DNA of 59,637 bases, filler included. It is 8 parts of 8 records of this genome, joined end to end, with 100 filler letters (N's around TTAATTAATTAA, not from the genome) between each part and the next. Parts side by side here need not be neighbours in the genome. Positions count along the whole stretch, not along the records: positions 21,233 to 31,070 come from SRR31147125_61627; positions 31,171 to 36,482 come from SRR31147125_61692; 6 more parts are not named here. One strand, 5' to 3'. A program made the position numbers and the translations under genes. Within the stretch, counting starts at the first letter, position 1. Each line of letters begins with the position of its first letter. The notes under the pieces were generated by a model that saw only the letters and a list, made by a program, of their open reading frames with translations, searched no databases and was not told the origin of the DNA. Of the stretch, positions 22,769 through 32,497 are shown one piece after another.

Positions 22769-24193
22769 TCATTTATGGTCTGTGCGACGGCGATAACGTT
22801 TGTAACGAGAGCCGGATTTTTTTGGTTTTTTAGGTGAAGGTGATTCTGCGGGTTGCGGCAAAGGCGCATGTAATATTTGTTGATAATAATCATCCAGTAA
22901 CATGGCGATAATGGGCGACTCGTCTTCGTTTTCTGCGAATGCGCGGCCAAGTTGTACGAATCGCTGACTGCGTTCTGTTTTTATTCTATCACGTTCGCGA
23001 AGGCGGGATTCAAGCAGGGCTGTCATGCGTTCCGTAACGATGGCTTCCACATCCGCATCTGTTGGCAGAGGCCATTCGTGCAGGTCAATGCTGTAGCGCT
23101 TGGCTATGCGGTCGAGAACGAATCTCTCAACGTGGGTTACCAGTGATATGGCGACTCCGGTTGCACCGGCCCGGCCGGTTCGTCCGGCTCTGTGGATATA
23201 GGCTTCAAACTCTTCAGGTGGCTCGTATTGAATGACATGAGAAAGGGAAGGAATATCAAGTCCACGTGCCGCGACATCCGTGGCCACCAGGAATTTAAGT
23301 TTTCCTTTCCGAACCCGCTCCAGAACCCGTTCGCGTTTTTTCTGTTCAAGGTCAGATGTCAATTCATCCGCGTCATATCCGAAATTTTGCAACACGACTG
23401 TTACATAATGCACAGTGGCTTTTGTGTTACAAAAAATGATAGCGGAGGCCGGATTTTCAATTTCAATGATACGAACAAGACTGCGATCTTTGTCCATGCC
23501 GGGTATCGTGTAAAAGACATGTTCCGTATCAGTGACGTGAACCTGGTCTTTGCTAAGGGAAATAAAATCCGGTTCATCGATAAATTCTTTGGCAGTGGCA
23601 AGCACATAAGACGGGAATGTTGCCGAAAACATACAGCCATGCAGTTTGCGTTGTGGCAGGTATTTCTGCAGCTTTTTCATATCAGGATAAAATCCCATAG
23701 ACAACATACGGTCAGCTTCATCAAAGATGAGCATGTCGAGTTTTTTAAGAGAGAGTGTCTCCCTGAGTAGATGATCCAGCACGCGACCTGGTGTGCCAAC
23801 CACAATGTGTGCGCCTTTTCTGAAGGCATCAATTTGCGGACCATAGCCAACGCCACCATAAACAGCCACGGTACGAAAACCGGATTTACCGCATAGTGTT
23901 TCAGCTTCCTGACTCACCTGGCGGGCGAGTTCGCGAGTAGGAACCAGGATCAGTGCCTGGCAATGATTTTTTGTCGAATCAAGTCGCTCCAGCATGGGTA
24001 ACAGGTATGCGCCGGTTTTTCCGCTTCCCGTACGAGCCTGGATCATCATGTTTCGCGCTGCAAGCAGATAAGGTATGGCACGCGCCTGCACAGGCATAAG
24101 AGTTGTCCAGCTTGCACGTCCGGCTGCTTCCTGTAGCCGTTGGGGAAGTTGGTTCAGGGTTACATCTGGTAATTGTTCGAAAGAGTCTTTCAT
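22769..24193 (-). CDS. DEAD-box ATP-dependent RNA helicase
   Basis: ARTGSGKT, PTRELA, GTPGR, DEAD, SAT, ARGLD, HRAGRTGRAG. Confidence 0.96.
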   Translation of the reverse strand: MKDSFEQLPDVTLNQLPQRLQEAAGRASWTTLMPVQARAIPYLLAARNMMIQARTGSGKTGAYLLPMLERLDSTKNHCQALILVPTRELARQVSQEAETLCGKSGFRTVAVYGGVGYGPQIDAFRKGAHIVVGTPGRVLDHLLRETLSLKKLDMLIFDEADRMLSMGFYPDMKKLQKYLPQRKLHGCMFSATFPSYVLATAKEFIDEPDFISLSKDQVHVTDTEHVFYTIPGMDKDRSLVRIIEIENPASAIIFCNTKATVHYVTVVLQNFGYDADELTSDLEQKKRERVLERVRKGKLKFLVATDVAARGLDIPSLSHVIQYEPPEEFEAYIHRAGRTGRAGATGVAISLVTHVERFVLDRIAKRYSIDLHEWPLPTDADVEAIVTERMTALLESRLRERDRIKTERSQRFVQLGRAFAENEDESPIIAMLLDDYYQQILHAPLPQPAESPSPKKPKKSGSRYKRYRRRTDHK

Positions 24194-24437
24194 GTTATCC
24201 TCAATAAATATACTTAATACCTGACGATTGGTACCGCAGGATTATAAAAATGTAATATACTAAATATATAGTTAATATCCGGTAAAAATGTTTGTTATGT
24301 TCCTGATAACAGTGCAATATTAATATTTTTTGTTACCAGTTCGAATAATAACATTTGGATCTCGCAGATGCAACTATTTAGGAGTTGAATCCCTGGTAAA
24401 TCCTGGATTACCTTCTTCATCCCGGCGGCGAATCGAA

Positions 24438-25334
24438 TTAGTATTGATGAAATGCCTGAGAAACAAACTTTAATACCTCTGGCAGTGCTGTACGCCAATA
24501 AGTCCAATTATGGGCGCCATCGCGTACACGGTATTCATGGGGAATGTCCTTTTTACGCAGTGCAATATGTATTAATGAATTTCCCTCATAGAGAAAATCA
24601 TCATCTCCGCAATCAATATACCAGCGAACGGATTTTAGCTGCTTTTTTGGTAAATTATCTACCAGGTAAAGCGCGCTTTGGCGTTTGTAATAATTATTTA
24701 AAAGACTATCAGGTAAATTATCAGTGTCATATTGATGATAGCGTTTGACATGCTTACTGACATCCTCAACACTTTTGGGGCCTGTAGCAGCACTAAGAGG
24801 GCAGGCAGAGGAAAACATGTCCGGACGATGCAATGCATATGTGAAAGTACCTTCACCGCCCATTGATAATCCAGCTATGGCCCGGTAACGTTTTTCGTTT
24901 TTGATTCGGTATGTTTTTTCAATAAAAGGAACAAATTCCTCAAAGAAAAAATCTTCATAACGCCATTTCCCGGATATGTCATTCCAATAACCCCTTTGAC
25001 CGGTATTGGCATCGGGCATGACAATGATCATGGGTGTTACCTTGCCGTCTTTTATGGTTTTGTCAGCGATATGCAGAACTTCACCAAACTGAATCCATCC
25101 GGTTTGGTCATCACCGCTACCGTGTAAAAGGTACAGAACCGGATAGGATCGTTGTGATGTTTCATAGTCGGGAGGAACATAAATGGCATATTTGCGCACA
25201 CTTTTAAGGATTTTGCTTGTCATGGACAGATTATCGTAAACCTGTCCGGTTTGACTGAAAAGTAAGACAGGAAGTAAAATGATAAAAATTGCTGGTATCC
25301 ATATTCTTTTTTTTGTCAAGCCCCTCAAAATCAT
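24438..25334 (-). CDS. Secreted alpha/beta-hydrolase esterase (CE1/enterochelin esterase-like)
   Basis: Internal ATG at 25334 with AGGAGG RBS, signal peptide, YPVLYLLHG, GLSMGG nucleophile, DCGDDD, GAHNWTYW. Confidence 0.85.
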   Translation of the reverse strand: MILRGLTKKRIWIPAIFIILLPVLLFSQTGQVYDNLSMTSKILKSVRKYAIYVPPDYETSQRSYPVLYLLHGSGDDQTGWIQFGEVLHIADKTIKDGKVTPMIIVMPDANTGQRGYWNDISGKWRYEDFFFEEFVPFIEKTYRIKNEKRYRAIAGLSMGGEGTFTYALHRPDMFSSACPLSAATGPKSVEDVSKHVKRYHQYDTDNLPDSLLNNYYKRQSALYLVDNLPKKQLKSVRWYIDCGDDDFLYEGNSLIHIALRKKDIPHEYRVRDGAHNWTYWRTALPEVLKFVSQAFHQY

Positions 25335-25374
25335 GAAAAGTCCTCCTGTGTATATACCGTTTTTATTAACACAT

Positions 25375-26186
25375 TTAGTTTTTTTATTTGATTTTTCGCT
25401 CAGTTCAAGATAGCGAAAACAGATAAAAGTCATGATAATAAATAAAATGGATAAACTGAGAAATAATCCCATTCCAGCCATGTCCGTTGGCATTTTAAAC
25501 AAGACTGGTTTTAACATTTCGACCAGAGCTAACGGAGCAAGTAAGGTAAAGCCAAGGACAAATAATGCTGGTGTCAACAATAATCCTGTTCCTTCATTTT
25601 TTGCCGTTTTAAAGGCGAGAATAACAAACAATGGCATAATAAAACAGAGATCCAAAATATAGATAGAATAAAAAAATTCAATTTTTTGTCCAGTTTGAAT
25701 CAAAGGTAAAAGCTGACTGATCCAGAGTGGATAAAAAATGAGAGGATTTAGTAGTAAAAAACAGACGGATACAATTCGAATGGTTTTAGGTAGTTTAATT
25801 GCGCATAATTTTTCATTGCCTAAATTGATAATACCGTATATGATGGCATAAAAAGAAAGTCCAAATATGGCCATATAAATAAAGTACAATGGATTGTAGA
25901 GCCGTTCAATTGTATAGATTCCATAAGCATAAAATAAAAATCCGAGGATACCCAAAATGATTATGTGGTTTTTCCAGCTTTCTTTTCTACTTCGAAAAGT
26001 GAGGATGAATAGAACTAAAGCTGCAATAATGGTCATGAAATCCTGAGCGAGGACACCCGGTAATACAGTTTGACTCACTATACCATCATAAATAGTTGAA
26101 TGAAAAAATCCAATCGTTGCAGTAAAAAGTGATAATAGGGCAACCAGCAGCCATAGGATTCTGTTTCCATCGAGATTTCGTATCAT
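25375..26186 (-). CDS. Multi-pass membrane protein of unknown function (about 8 TM)
   Basis: Hydrophobic N-terminal 270 aa of ORF 24438-26186; one extra A in the run at 25379-25385 would give a TAA stop at 25377-25375. Confidence 0.7.
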
Positions 26187-26340
26187 TGTTTTTACCTTTT
26201 AATCCAGGAGTGTGAGTTTATATAATTGAGGGAAAATGATTTTTACTATGTAATAATTTAAAATGTATGGAAATAATGTATTTTTTTCAACTTTTGTTAT
26301 TCTTGAAATCAATATTTTACAACTGGCAGGGCCGTGAACA

Positions 26341-26369
26341 AAGGTAATGACACAGTCATTACACTTCAA
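26341..26369 (-). promoter_or_regulatory. Putative promoter TTGAAG-17-TACCTT with palindromic operator GTAATGAC-N3-GTCATTAC
   Basis: 8-bp inverted repeat at 26344-26362 lying between and overlapping the -35/-10 boxes, about 155 bp upstream of the membrane protein/esterase genes. Confidence 0.65.
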
Positions 26370-26663
26370 ATAAATCGTGAAAACCAATTGAGTTCACGTT
26401 GTGGTATTGTACGGGTGGGAGTATCAAACCAGTAAATGAGGCGGGTGATCATTTTTGTGTGGACTTTTTAGTCAATTTTTTTTTAGTCCTGATTAATAAT
26501 TCGGTCTCTTTTTTCCAAAACTCTAATTCTTCGGTTTTGGACAATTTGGAAATAGTTATTCTTACTTTATCTGCGCCTTGATGTTGCATTTCCACACAAT
26601 CAAATTTTTTATTCATATTTAATAACCTCTGAAGGAATATTTGTTCATTCTATATTTACTATT

Positions 26664-27143
26664 TCACTTCTTTTTTGATTTACCGGAGTATTTTGAAAAG
26701 ATCCTTCTGATTTTTCCGGAAAACATGACAATATCCCTGGAAAACTGAATAAGCCCGGCGCGTAAATCAGTGTAATCTTTAAAAAATGCATAAATGCCGC
26801 CTCCAACAACAGTGATGGCAACCCAGATTTCAATAGAGCCTTCGGTTAAGTGGGTTACTTTAAGCTTGAATTTAAATTCAGGTATATCCGGTTTTCGTCT
26901 TGTTTTTTCAGCCGCATCAAGCAGGATACGGCGAATATTTCGTTTTAACCGAGCTCTTGAGCGACCATAAGGGAAATTATAAATATCCGAATAAAGGCGA
27001 ACTTCGCCCAGGTGGTTCTGAGCGACCGGAGCGCCCTGTTCTATTAGAGCGAGTTGAATAACAATATCCTGCACCTTTTCAGAGATGATGGATTTAGCAA
27101 AATATTTGTTTTTGAGGTACAATTCCCAATGATCGTTCTGCAT
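26664..27143 (-). CDS. Hypothetical protein with a single C-terminal hydrophobic segment
   Basis: 159-aa ORF with AGAGGA RBS; no family recognised. Confidence 0.55.
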   Translation of the reverse strand: MQNDHWELYLKNKYFAKSIISEKVQDIVIQLALIEQGAPVAQNHLGEVRLYSDIYNFPYGRSRARLKRNIRRILLDAAEKTRRKPDIPEFKFKLKVTHLTEGSIEIWVAITVVGGGIYAFFKDYTDLRAGLIQFSRDIVMFSGKIRRIFSKYSGKSKKK

Positions 27144-27295
27144 TTGTATGTGATCCTCTAGGGTCTATTAAAATAAATAATAGTTATTTCATTTATGTGC
27201 CAAGCCGTCTGTAAGACTGAAACTGAATTACCATATTAATAAAATCCAGGGAAAGATTCCCGGTACATATCAGGCAACGAACCTTAGCATAGTTA

Positions 27296-29200
27296 TTACG
27301 GATCAGGCGAGGATTGATTTCCATACTCTTCAATTAATGTAGATGCATCCCAGCCTATGTCTTTATCTTTACCGATATTCGTAATCTCTGTACGAAGTAT
27401 TTCCTCCAAATCTTCAATTCGCTGTTTCGTTCCGCTGATGAGTTGTTTTTTATCATGGCGCATGGCCACCAGTTCACGCAAGTATTTATCGTCATGTTTT
27501 CGGAATGTTTTTACAGCACGGAAAACATGATATCGCCTGTGACCTAATCGGCAAAGCGCATCGGCTGCCATTCGAAGTGAGGAATCAAGTGATTCTCTAT
27601 ACACATCGTTTATACCGCTGTCAATTAAATCATATGAATCATTCCACCCGTTGGTGCGTACCATAATTTTAATATTTGGAAAATGTTTTTTTACTGTATT
27701 CACGATTTCAAATGTTTTATCCGGATTATCAACAGCAACGATGATTAACTTTGCTTCCTCCGCACCTGCAGCGTGAAGCAGATCATGTCTGGAGGCATCA
27801 CCGTAAAAAACTTTGAATCCCATTTTACGCAACAAATCGACATTGTCAGGATCCACATCCAGATATGTTGCCTGTACACCATTTGCCTGTAAAAAACGAC
27901 CAACAGTGCTTCCTACCCGCCCAAAACCGGCAATGATGACTTTGTTTTTTTCGTTTATGTCGTCAGCTGTTTTTCCCTCAGACTCTCTGGTTCCGGTTCG
28001 GGGAAGTATCACTTTTTCATTAATTAACATCATTAATGGTGTGAGTGCCATGGATAAAGCAACTACGGCTATTAAGGGATTAGCCAAAGATGAATTGATC
28101 ACATTATTCTGAACGGCAAAGGAAAATAACACAAACGCAAATTCCCCGCCCTGGGCCAATGAAAAGGAAAGTAAAAAGCGATTATCCATACCCATTCTGA
28201 AAAAAGTGCCGATAATATAAAGAACCAAAAATTTGACAACAATGAGGATGAGGACCAGCCCGCTAATGAGTAATGGTTGTGAAAGGATCAGATTAAAATC
28301 AATTGATGCTCCTACGGCAATGAAAAACAAACCCAGCAACAGACCTTTGAACGGCTCGATATCTGTTTCCAGTTCATGACGGTATTCACTTTGGGCCAAA
28401 ACAACTCCTGCGAGAAATGTACCAAGTGCCGGACTCAGACCGACCTGTGTCATAAGCAGGGCAATGGCAATAACCAACAATAAGGCTGCTGCCGTAAATA
28501 ATTCTCTTAACCTGGTTTTTGCGATGGAACGAAAACCGGGTGTAATGAAAAATTTTCCAATTAAAATAATCGATACAACAACGCCCAGGACGACAATTGT
28601 CTGACCCCAGATCGGTAATCCATCGATCCATGTTGTTGTATGGTGTGCCTGTGATTCCGTAGTGGAATGCGATGCATTTCCAACTGCCAATAATGGCATA
28701 AATGCCAGAATGGGAATTACAGCGATGTCCTGAAATAAAAGTACGGAAAAAGAATTTTGTCCACCCTGGGTTTTTAGCAGGCCTTTTTCATTTAATGTTT
28801 GTAACACAATAGCTGTAGAAGATAGAGCGAGGGTAAGAGCAATAGCTAAAGATGTCTGCCATGCCAGACCGAATGCTATGGCGATAATCATGATGATGGC
28901 TGCGCTGAGTCCGACCTGAAGTCCACCCATACCAATTATGGGCCCTCTGAGTTTCCATATCATTGCTGGTTGTAATTCCAGGCCTATCAGAAACAGCATC
29001 ATCACCACGCCGAACTCGGCAAAATGCAAAACATCCTGACCTTCCTGGCCAACAAATCCGAAAACAAATGGTCCAATGAGAATACCGGCAATCAGGTATC
29101 CTAAGACAGAGCATAAACCAAGTTTTTTTGCGATCGGCACGGAAACAACAGCCGCTGTTAAATAGACAAAGGCCTGATAAAAGAAACCACCTTCCTGCAT
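27296..29200 (-). CDS. kefC: CPA2 K+/H+ antiporter of KefB/KefC type with TrkA-N (KTN) domain
   Basis: HFAEFGVVMMLFLIGLEL, SEYRHELETDIEPFKGLLLGLFF, QGGEFAFV, IIAGFGRVG, FYGDAS. kefB versus kefC cannot be resolved. Confidence 0.88.
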   Translation of the reverse strand: MQEGGFFYQAFVYLTAAVVSVPIAKKLGLCSVLGYLIAGILIGPFVFGFVGQEGQDVLHFAEFGVVMMLFLIGLELQPAMIWKLRGPIIGMGGLQVGLSAAIIMIIAIAFGLAWQTSLAIALTLALSSTAIVLQTLNEKGLLKTQGGQNSFSVLLFQDIAVIPILAFMPLLAVGNASHSTTESQAHHTTTWIDGLPIWGQTIVVLGVVVSIILIGKFFITPGFRSIAKTRLRELFTAAALLLVIAIALLMTQVGLSPALGTFLAGVVLAQSEYRHELETDIEPFKGLLLGLFFIAVGASIDFNLILSQPLLISGLVLILIVVKFLVLYIIGTFFRMGMDNRFLLSFSLAQGGEFAFVLFSFAVQNNVINSSLANPLIAVVALSMALTPLMMLINEKVILPRTGTRESEGKTADDINEKNKVIIAGFGRVGSTVGRFLQANGVQATYLDVDPDNVDLLRKMGFKVFYGDASRHDLLHAAGAEEAKLIIVAVDNPDKTFEIVNTVKKHFPNIKIMVRTNGWNDSYDLIDSGINDVYRESLDSSLRMAADALCRLGHRRYHVFRAVKTFRKHDDKYLRELVAMRHDKKQLISGTKQRIEDLEEILRTEITNIGKDKDIGWDASTLIEEYGNQSSPDP

Positions 29201-29212
29201 GTTAATCCTCTT

Positions 29213-29800
29213 TTAATTTATATAGTCGTTAAAGTAGCTGAAAGAAGTGATCCTGGATAGGTTAATTTGATCATCTCGTAATAATGTTAAAATTTTATGA
29301 TAATCTTGTTGATGCTGCTGAATTTGTATCTCGGTAATGGAATGCGTTCCATGGATAACAAAAGGGGGCAGGTAGATCATTTTACAAAGATTTGCCGTTT
29401 GCTCAATTGGTGCCAGCAATTGTCTTATTGTAAAATGATTATGGCCCTTTTCAGCATAAGCCTCCCGGCGACCTCCTGTTGTTAAAACATTGAAAAATAT
29501 TTTGCTTTTTAATGAATTTCCCTTACTACCATAAGCCCAGTTATGTGTCAGTACCAAATCCTGCCATTCCTTAAGTATTGCCGGAATACTGTACCAGAAA
29601 AATGGATGATGAAAAATAATAACGTCGTGTTCTGTCAAAAGATGTTGTTCATTATGTACATCAATATCCATCTCGGGATAAGACTGGTACAGATCATGAA
29701 ACGTTACGCCGTCAATCTTGCCAAGATCCCTTACCAGGATTTTATTCACTCTGGATTTATGAAATGCCGGATGCGCGAAAAGGATTAATATGTTTTTCAA
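29213..29800 (-). CDS. kefF: KefF/KefG-type flavodoxin-fold NAD(P)H oxidoreductase (Kef ancillary protein)
   Basis: ILILFAHP, HPFFWYSIPAILKEWQDLVL; directly upstream of the Kef antiporter; TTG start. Confidence 0.82.
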   Translation of the reverse strand: MKNILILFAHPAFHKSRVNKILVRDLGKIDGVTFHDLYQSYPEMDIDVHNEQHLLTEHDVIIFHHPFFWYSIPAILKEWQDLVLTHNWAYGSKGNSLKSKIFFNVLTTGGRREAYAEKGHNHFTIRQLLAPIEQTANLCKMIYLPPFVIHGTHSITEIQIQQHQQDYHKILTLLRDDQINLSRITSFSYFNDYIN

Positions 29801-30042
29801 GAGTCACCTCAACGTACCAATAATGCTAGGGATATCGCTGTTTAATTTTGTATAGAAAACACATTGGTTTACCATTCTGTTCCTTAAATGTGCATATACT
29901 GTCTGGCTTTTAAACAGTGTATTTTAGGGGGTGATTTTTATAGTAAGATCGTTGCAGCATAAGATCAGCCAGGATTCATCATCAAGACGATTTGCTTCTT
30001 GTGGTGGGCTTTTTAATTGTCCACACATGAGATCAAAGGTCT

Positions 30043-30080
30043 AACAAGAGGCTTCAGCCCCTTGATTTGAGCCCCTTGTT
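30043..30080. repeat. REP-like imperfect hairpin with duplicated right arm
   Basis: AACAAGAGGCT-TC-AGCCCCTTGATT followed by a second AGCCCCTTGTT arm. Confidence 0.45.
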
Positions 30081-30110
30081 ATGTGGAATATCAGAATGAA
30101 AGTATATCAT

Positions 30111-30764
30111 CTAGCTCCGATTTTTATTATAATTTCCAGTGATCGGAATGGGATCTCCTAAATATTTTGGCTGTGGCCGGAATAATACTTCCAAACCGGC
30201 TTTCAGGAGGGCAAAATACTCCCGTATTTTAAACTGGTCGGCCTTTTTATATTTCGACAAGTTTGCTGAAAAACCATAGGCTTGTAGGCCAAAACATCGG
30301 GCGATAAAAACAGCGCGATAAAGATGATACCTCTGCGTCACGATAATAACATCATCAACAAGAAAGACTTTTTTAGCGCGCACAATGCTATTATAGGTGT
30401 TAAATCCGGCATGATCCAGAAAAATAACGGAATCCGGGACGCCCTGTTTGGTCAACCATACTCGCATATTGTTTACTTCATCATAGTTCGTCTGGCCGTG
30501 ATCACCGCTGAGTAAAATACGAGTGATTTTGCCGCTTTTATAAAGCTCTTTTGCATTGATCAATCTATCTTTTAATACCTGAGAGGGCTGTCCATTTCTA
30601 TAGACTCCGGCACCCAGAACAAGGCATGTGTAAGAGTGTGGTAGTTGGTTTTTTTCAGGTTTTATGTACTTTAACATAAAAGCCCGAATTAAAAAGGGGG
30701 ACAGGATCCACGTAATGGATATAATCGTAAAGAACAGGAACGTTATTTTGATATATTTAATCAT
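30111..30764 (-). CDS. SanA/YdcF (DUF218) family protein
   Basis: LVLGAGV, LLSGDH, YDEV, DHAGFNTYNS, VTQRYHLYRA, REYFA motifs. Confidence 0.9.
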   Translation of the reverse strand: MIKYIKITFLFFTIISITWILSPFLIRAFMLKYIKPEKNQLPHSYTCLVLGAGVYRNGQPSQVLKDRLINAKELYKSGKITRILLSGDHGQTNYDEVNNMRVWLTKQGVPDSVIFLDHAGFNTYNSIVRAKKVFLVDDVIIVTQRYHLYRAVFIARCFGLQAYGFSANLSKYKKADQFKIREYFALLKAGLEVLFRPQPKYLGDPIPITGNYNKNRS

Positions 30765-31070
30765 TTTTACTCAAATCCCGGGCATGCTCATAGTGCAGAT
30801 GTATATTTTTTCAATTTTAAACGCTGTATCAGCAAACAGTGCCGAGTACACCCCTAAGATAATACAAATTGGATAATTATGCAAATAATTCCCTGTTATG
30901 GTTATGGCCATACTTAAGTGAGTAGGGAAAGGCGTGGATGTTGAGTGAAAAATAATTTTATCCATTGTCATTGTTAATGGATTTTTAAACAAGTATGACT
31001 AATAAAAGGGACCGTGTCCGGTATATTTCTGTTACCCATACCTGGCATCGAGTGTGTCCATATCCCGGGG

Positions 31071-31170
31071 NNNNNNNNNNNNNNNNNNNNNNNNNNNNNN
31101 NNNNNNNNNNNNNNTTAATTAATTAANNNNNNNNNNNNNNNNNNNNNNNNNNNNNNNNNNNNNNNNNNNN
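31071..31170. other. Artificial contig spacer
   Basis: N44-TTAATTAATTAA-N44. Confidence 0.98.
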
Positions 31171-31171
31171 A

Positions 31172-32473
31172 AAATGCATTATTGCGGTCAAGGATATTTC
31201 AGGATCCGGCTTCTGCATGAGGGAGGAAGAGAGGAAGTCGGTCCTTATCCCAGGGCTTATTCTACCGGATATGGAACTGGGGCTCCCCGGAGGCCGGGCT
31301 CTGAAATGCAGGGTTCAGATCATCTATCGAAAACCGGACAATGAGGATGTCCGTCCTTCGGTTATCTGCGGAGCCGCCATTCTGGACATGAATCCTGTTC
31401 AGCACGCCCTGCTTCTCAACTTCATCCATCAGGAAAAGGACAGCCATGCCTTTGTCTGTAACCCGGTGGATACCTCAGCCCTCTGGAAGTTCTTTTTTGA
31501 ATCCGGTTTTATCTATCCCGAGAAGTATAAACATCTCTCCCGGAACAGGGACAGGATCAGGGAACTTTACGACAAACTCTATACAAAGAGTCCGGGAATC
31601 GCCCGCCACTTCATTTATCAGGAAGGGACCCATATCCAGGGCCATATGTCCATGCTCCGCTCCTACGAAGAAGCCTGGCTCCTCCATCACCATGCCGCCA
31701 GTACAAACCACAGCCAGAATGCCGGCCTCCACGTGCTTAATCAGGTCGGAAGCTTCGGGAACAATTGTCACCGGATTAAAAGCCTGCATATGCTCTACCT
31801 GATGTGCTACTACCGGGAGGAAAATAAATTCCCCCGCCGGGTCTTCGGCGATATCGCCCGGAAGATCGGCAATCCCTCCCACTGCTCACTGGATACCTGG
31901 GCTTACTATCATATATACAGAGATGCTGCCGGTTCCGTCGCGGCGAGCAAGCCGATTCTTCCGGAAGGCTGGTCTCTGAAAAAAACAGGCAAAGGGGATC
32001 TCAAAGATTTGGACTGTTTTTATAGAAAACACTCCAATGGTCTCCTTCTCAAAGCCATGAACCTGACAGGTGCCCGCTCCTCGGATGCAGAACTCTATAC
32101 CGAGTATGAGAAAGCAGGATTCAACAGGTCTATTGAACTTTTTTCCCTGAAGAAGGAGGGAGAGGTCCATGGGGTTATCATGGCGGATCAGTCGGAAACA
32201 GGACTCAATATGTCCGATCTCACAAACTCCATAAAAATCTTCATCACCAATACGAAGGAACTGACACAGGAGATTGTAAACACGGCTTTAAATACTGTTT
32301 CCGACCGTTTCAATGAAGAAACCAGAATCCCTGTTCTAATGTTCCCGGAGGAAGCGGCAACAGAGTTTGATATTCCCGTAGAAAAAAGCTATACCTTATG
32401 GGTGATTAATATGGAAGCAAGTGATACCTATTTCAGATATTTAAAAACTCTCTTAAAAATAATTCATCATTGA
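31172..32473 (+). CDS. PilZ-domain protein with large C-terminal domain (possibly GNAT-like); 5'-truncated
   Basis: Frame is open from the contig edge: KCIIAVKDISGSGFCM carries the PilZ DxSxxG motif; the PilZ barrel ends near CGAAILDM; an alpha/beta domain follows (LWKFFFESGFIYPEKY...GHMSMLRSYEEAWLLHHHAA). Confidence 0.7.
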   Translation, partial: KCIIAVKDISGSGFCMREEERKSVLIPGLILPDMELGLPGGRALKCRVQIIYRKPDNEDVRPSVICGAAILDMNPVQHALLLNFIHQEKDSHAFVCNPVDTSALWKFFFESGFIYPEKYKHLSRNRDRIRELYDKLYTKSPGIARHFIYQEGTHIQGHMSMLRSYEEAWLLHHHAASTNHSQNAGLHVLNQVGSFGNNCHRIKSLHMLYLMCYYREENKFPRRVFGDIARKIGNPSHCSLDTWAYYHIYRDAAGSVAASKPILPEGWSLKKTGKGDLKDLDCFYRKHSNGLLLKAMNLTGARSSDAELYTEYEKAGFNRSIELFSLKKEGEVHGVIMADQSETGLNMSDLTNSIKIFITNTKELTQEIVNTALNTVSDRFNEETRIPVLMFPEEAATEFDIPVEKSYTLWVINMEASDTYFRYLKTLLKIIHH

Positions 32474-32497
32474 CTCAGATTCAATTAGGAGAGCTTA

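Noticed and set aside
30039-30084. Integron attC site
   Set aside because: Too short, no L boxes, no further cassette sites and no integrase on the contig.
30771-31070. Gene fragment upstream of the sanA-like gene
   Set aside because: All frames are short or stop-interrupted, with no recognisable motif.
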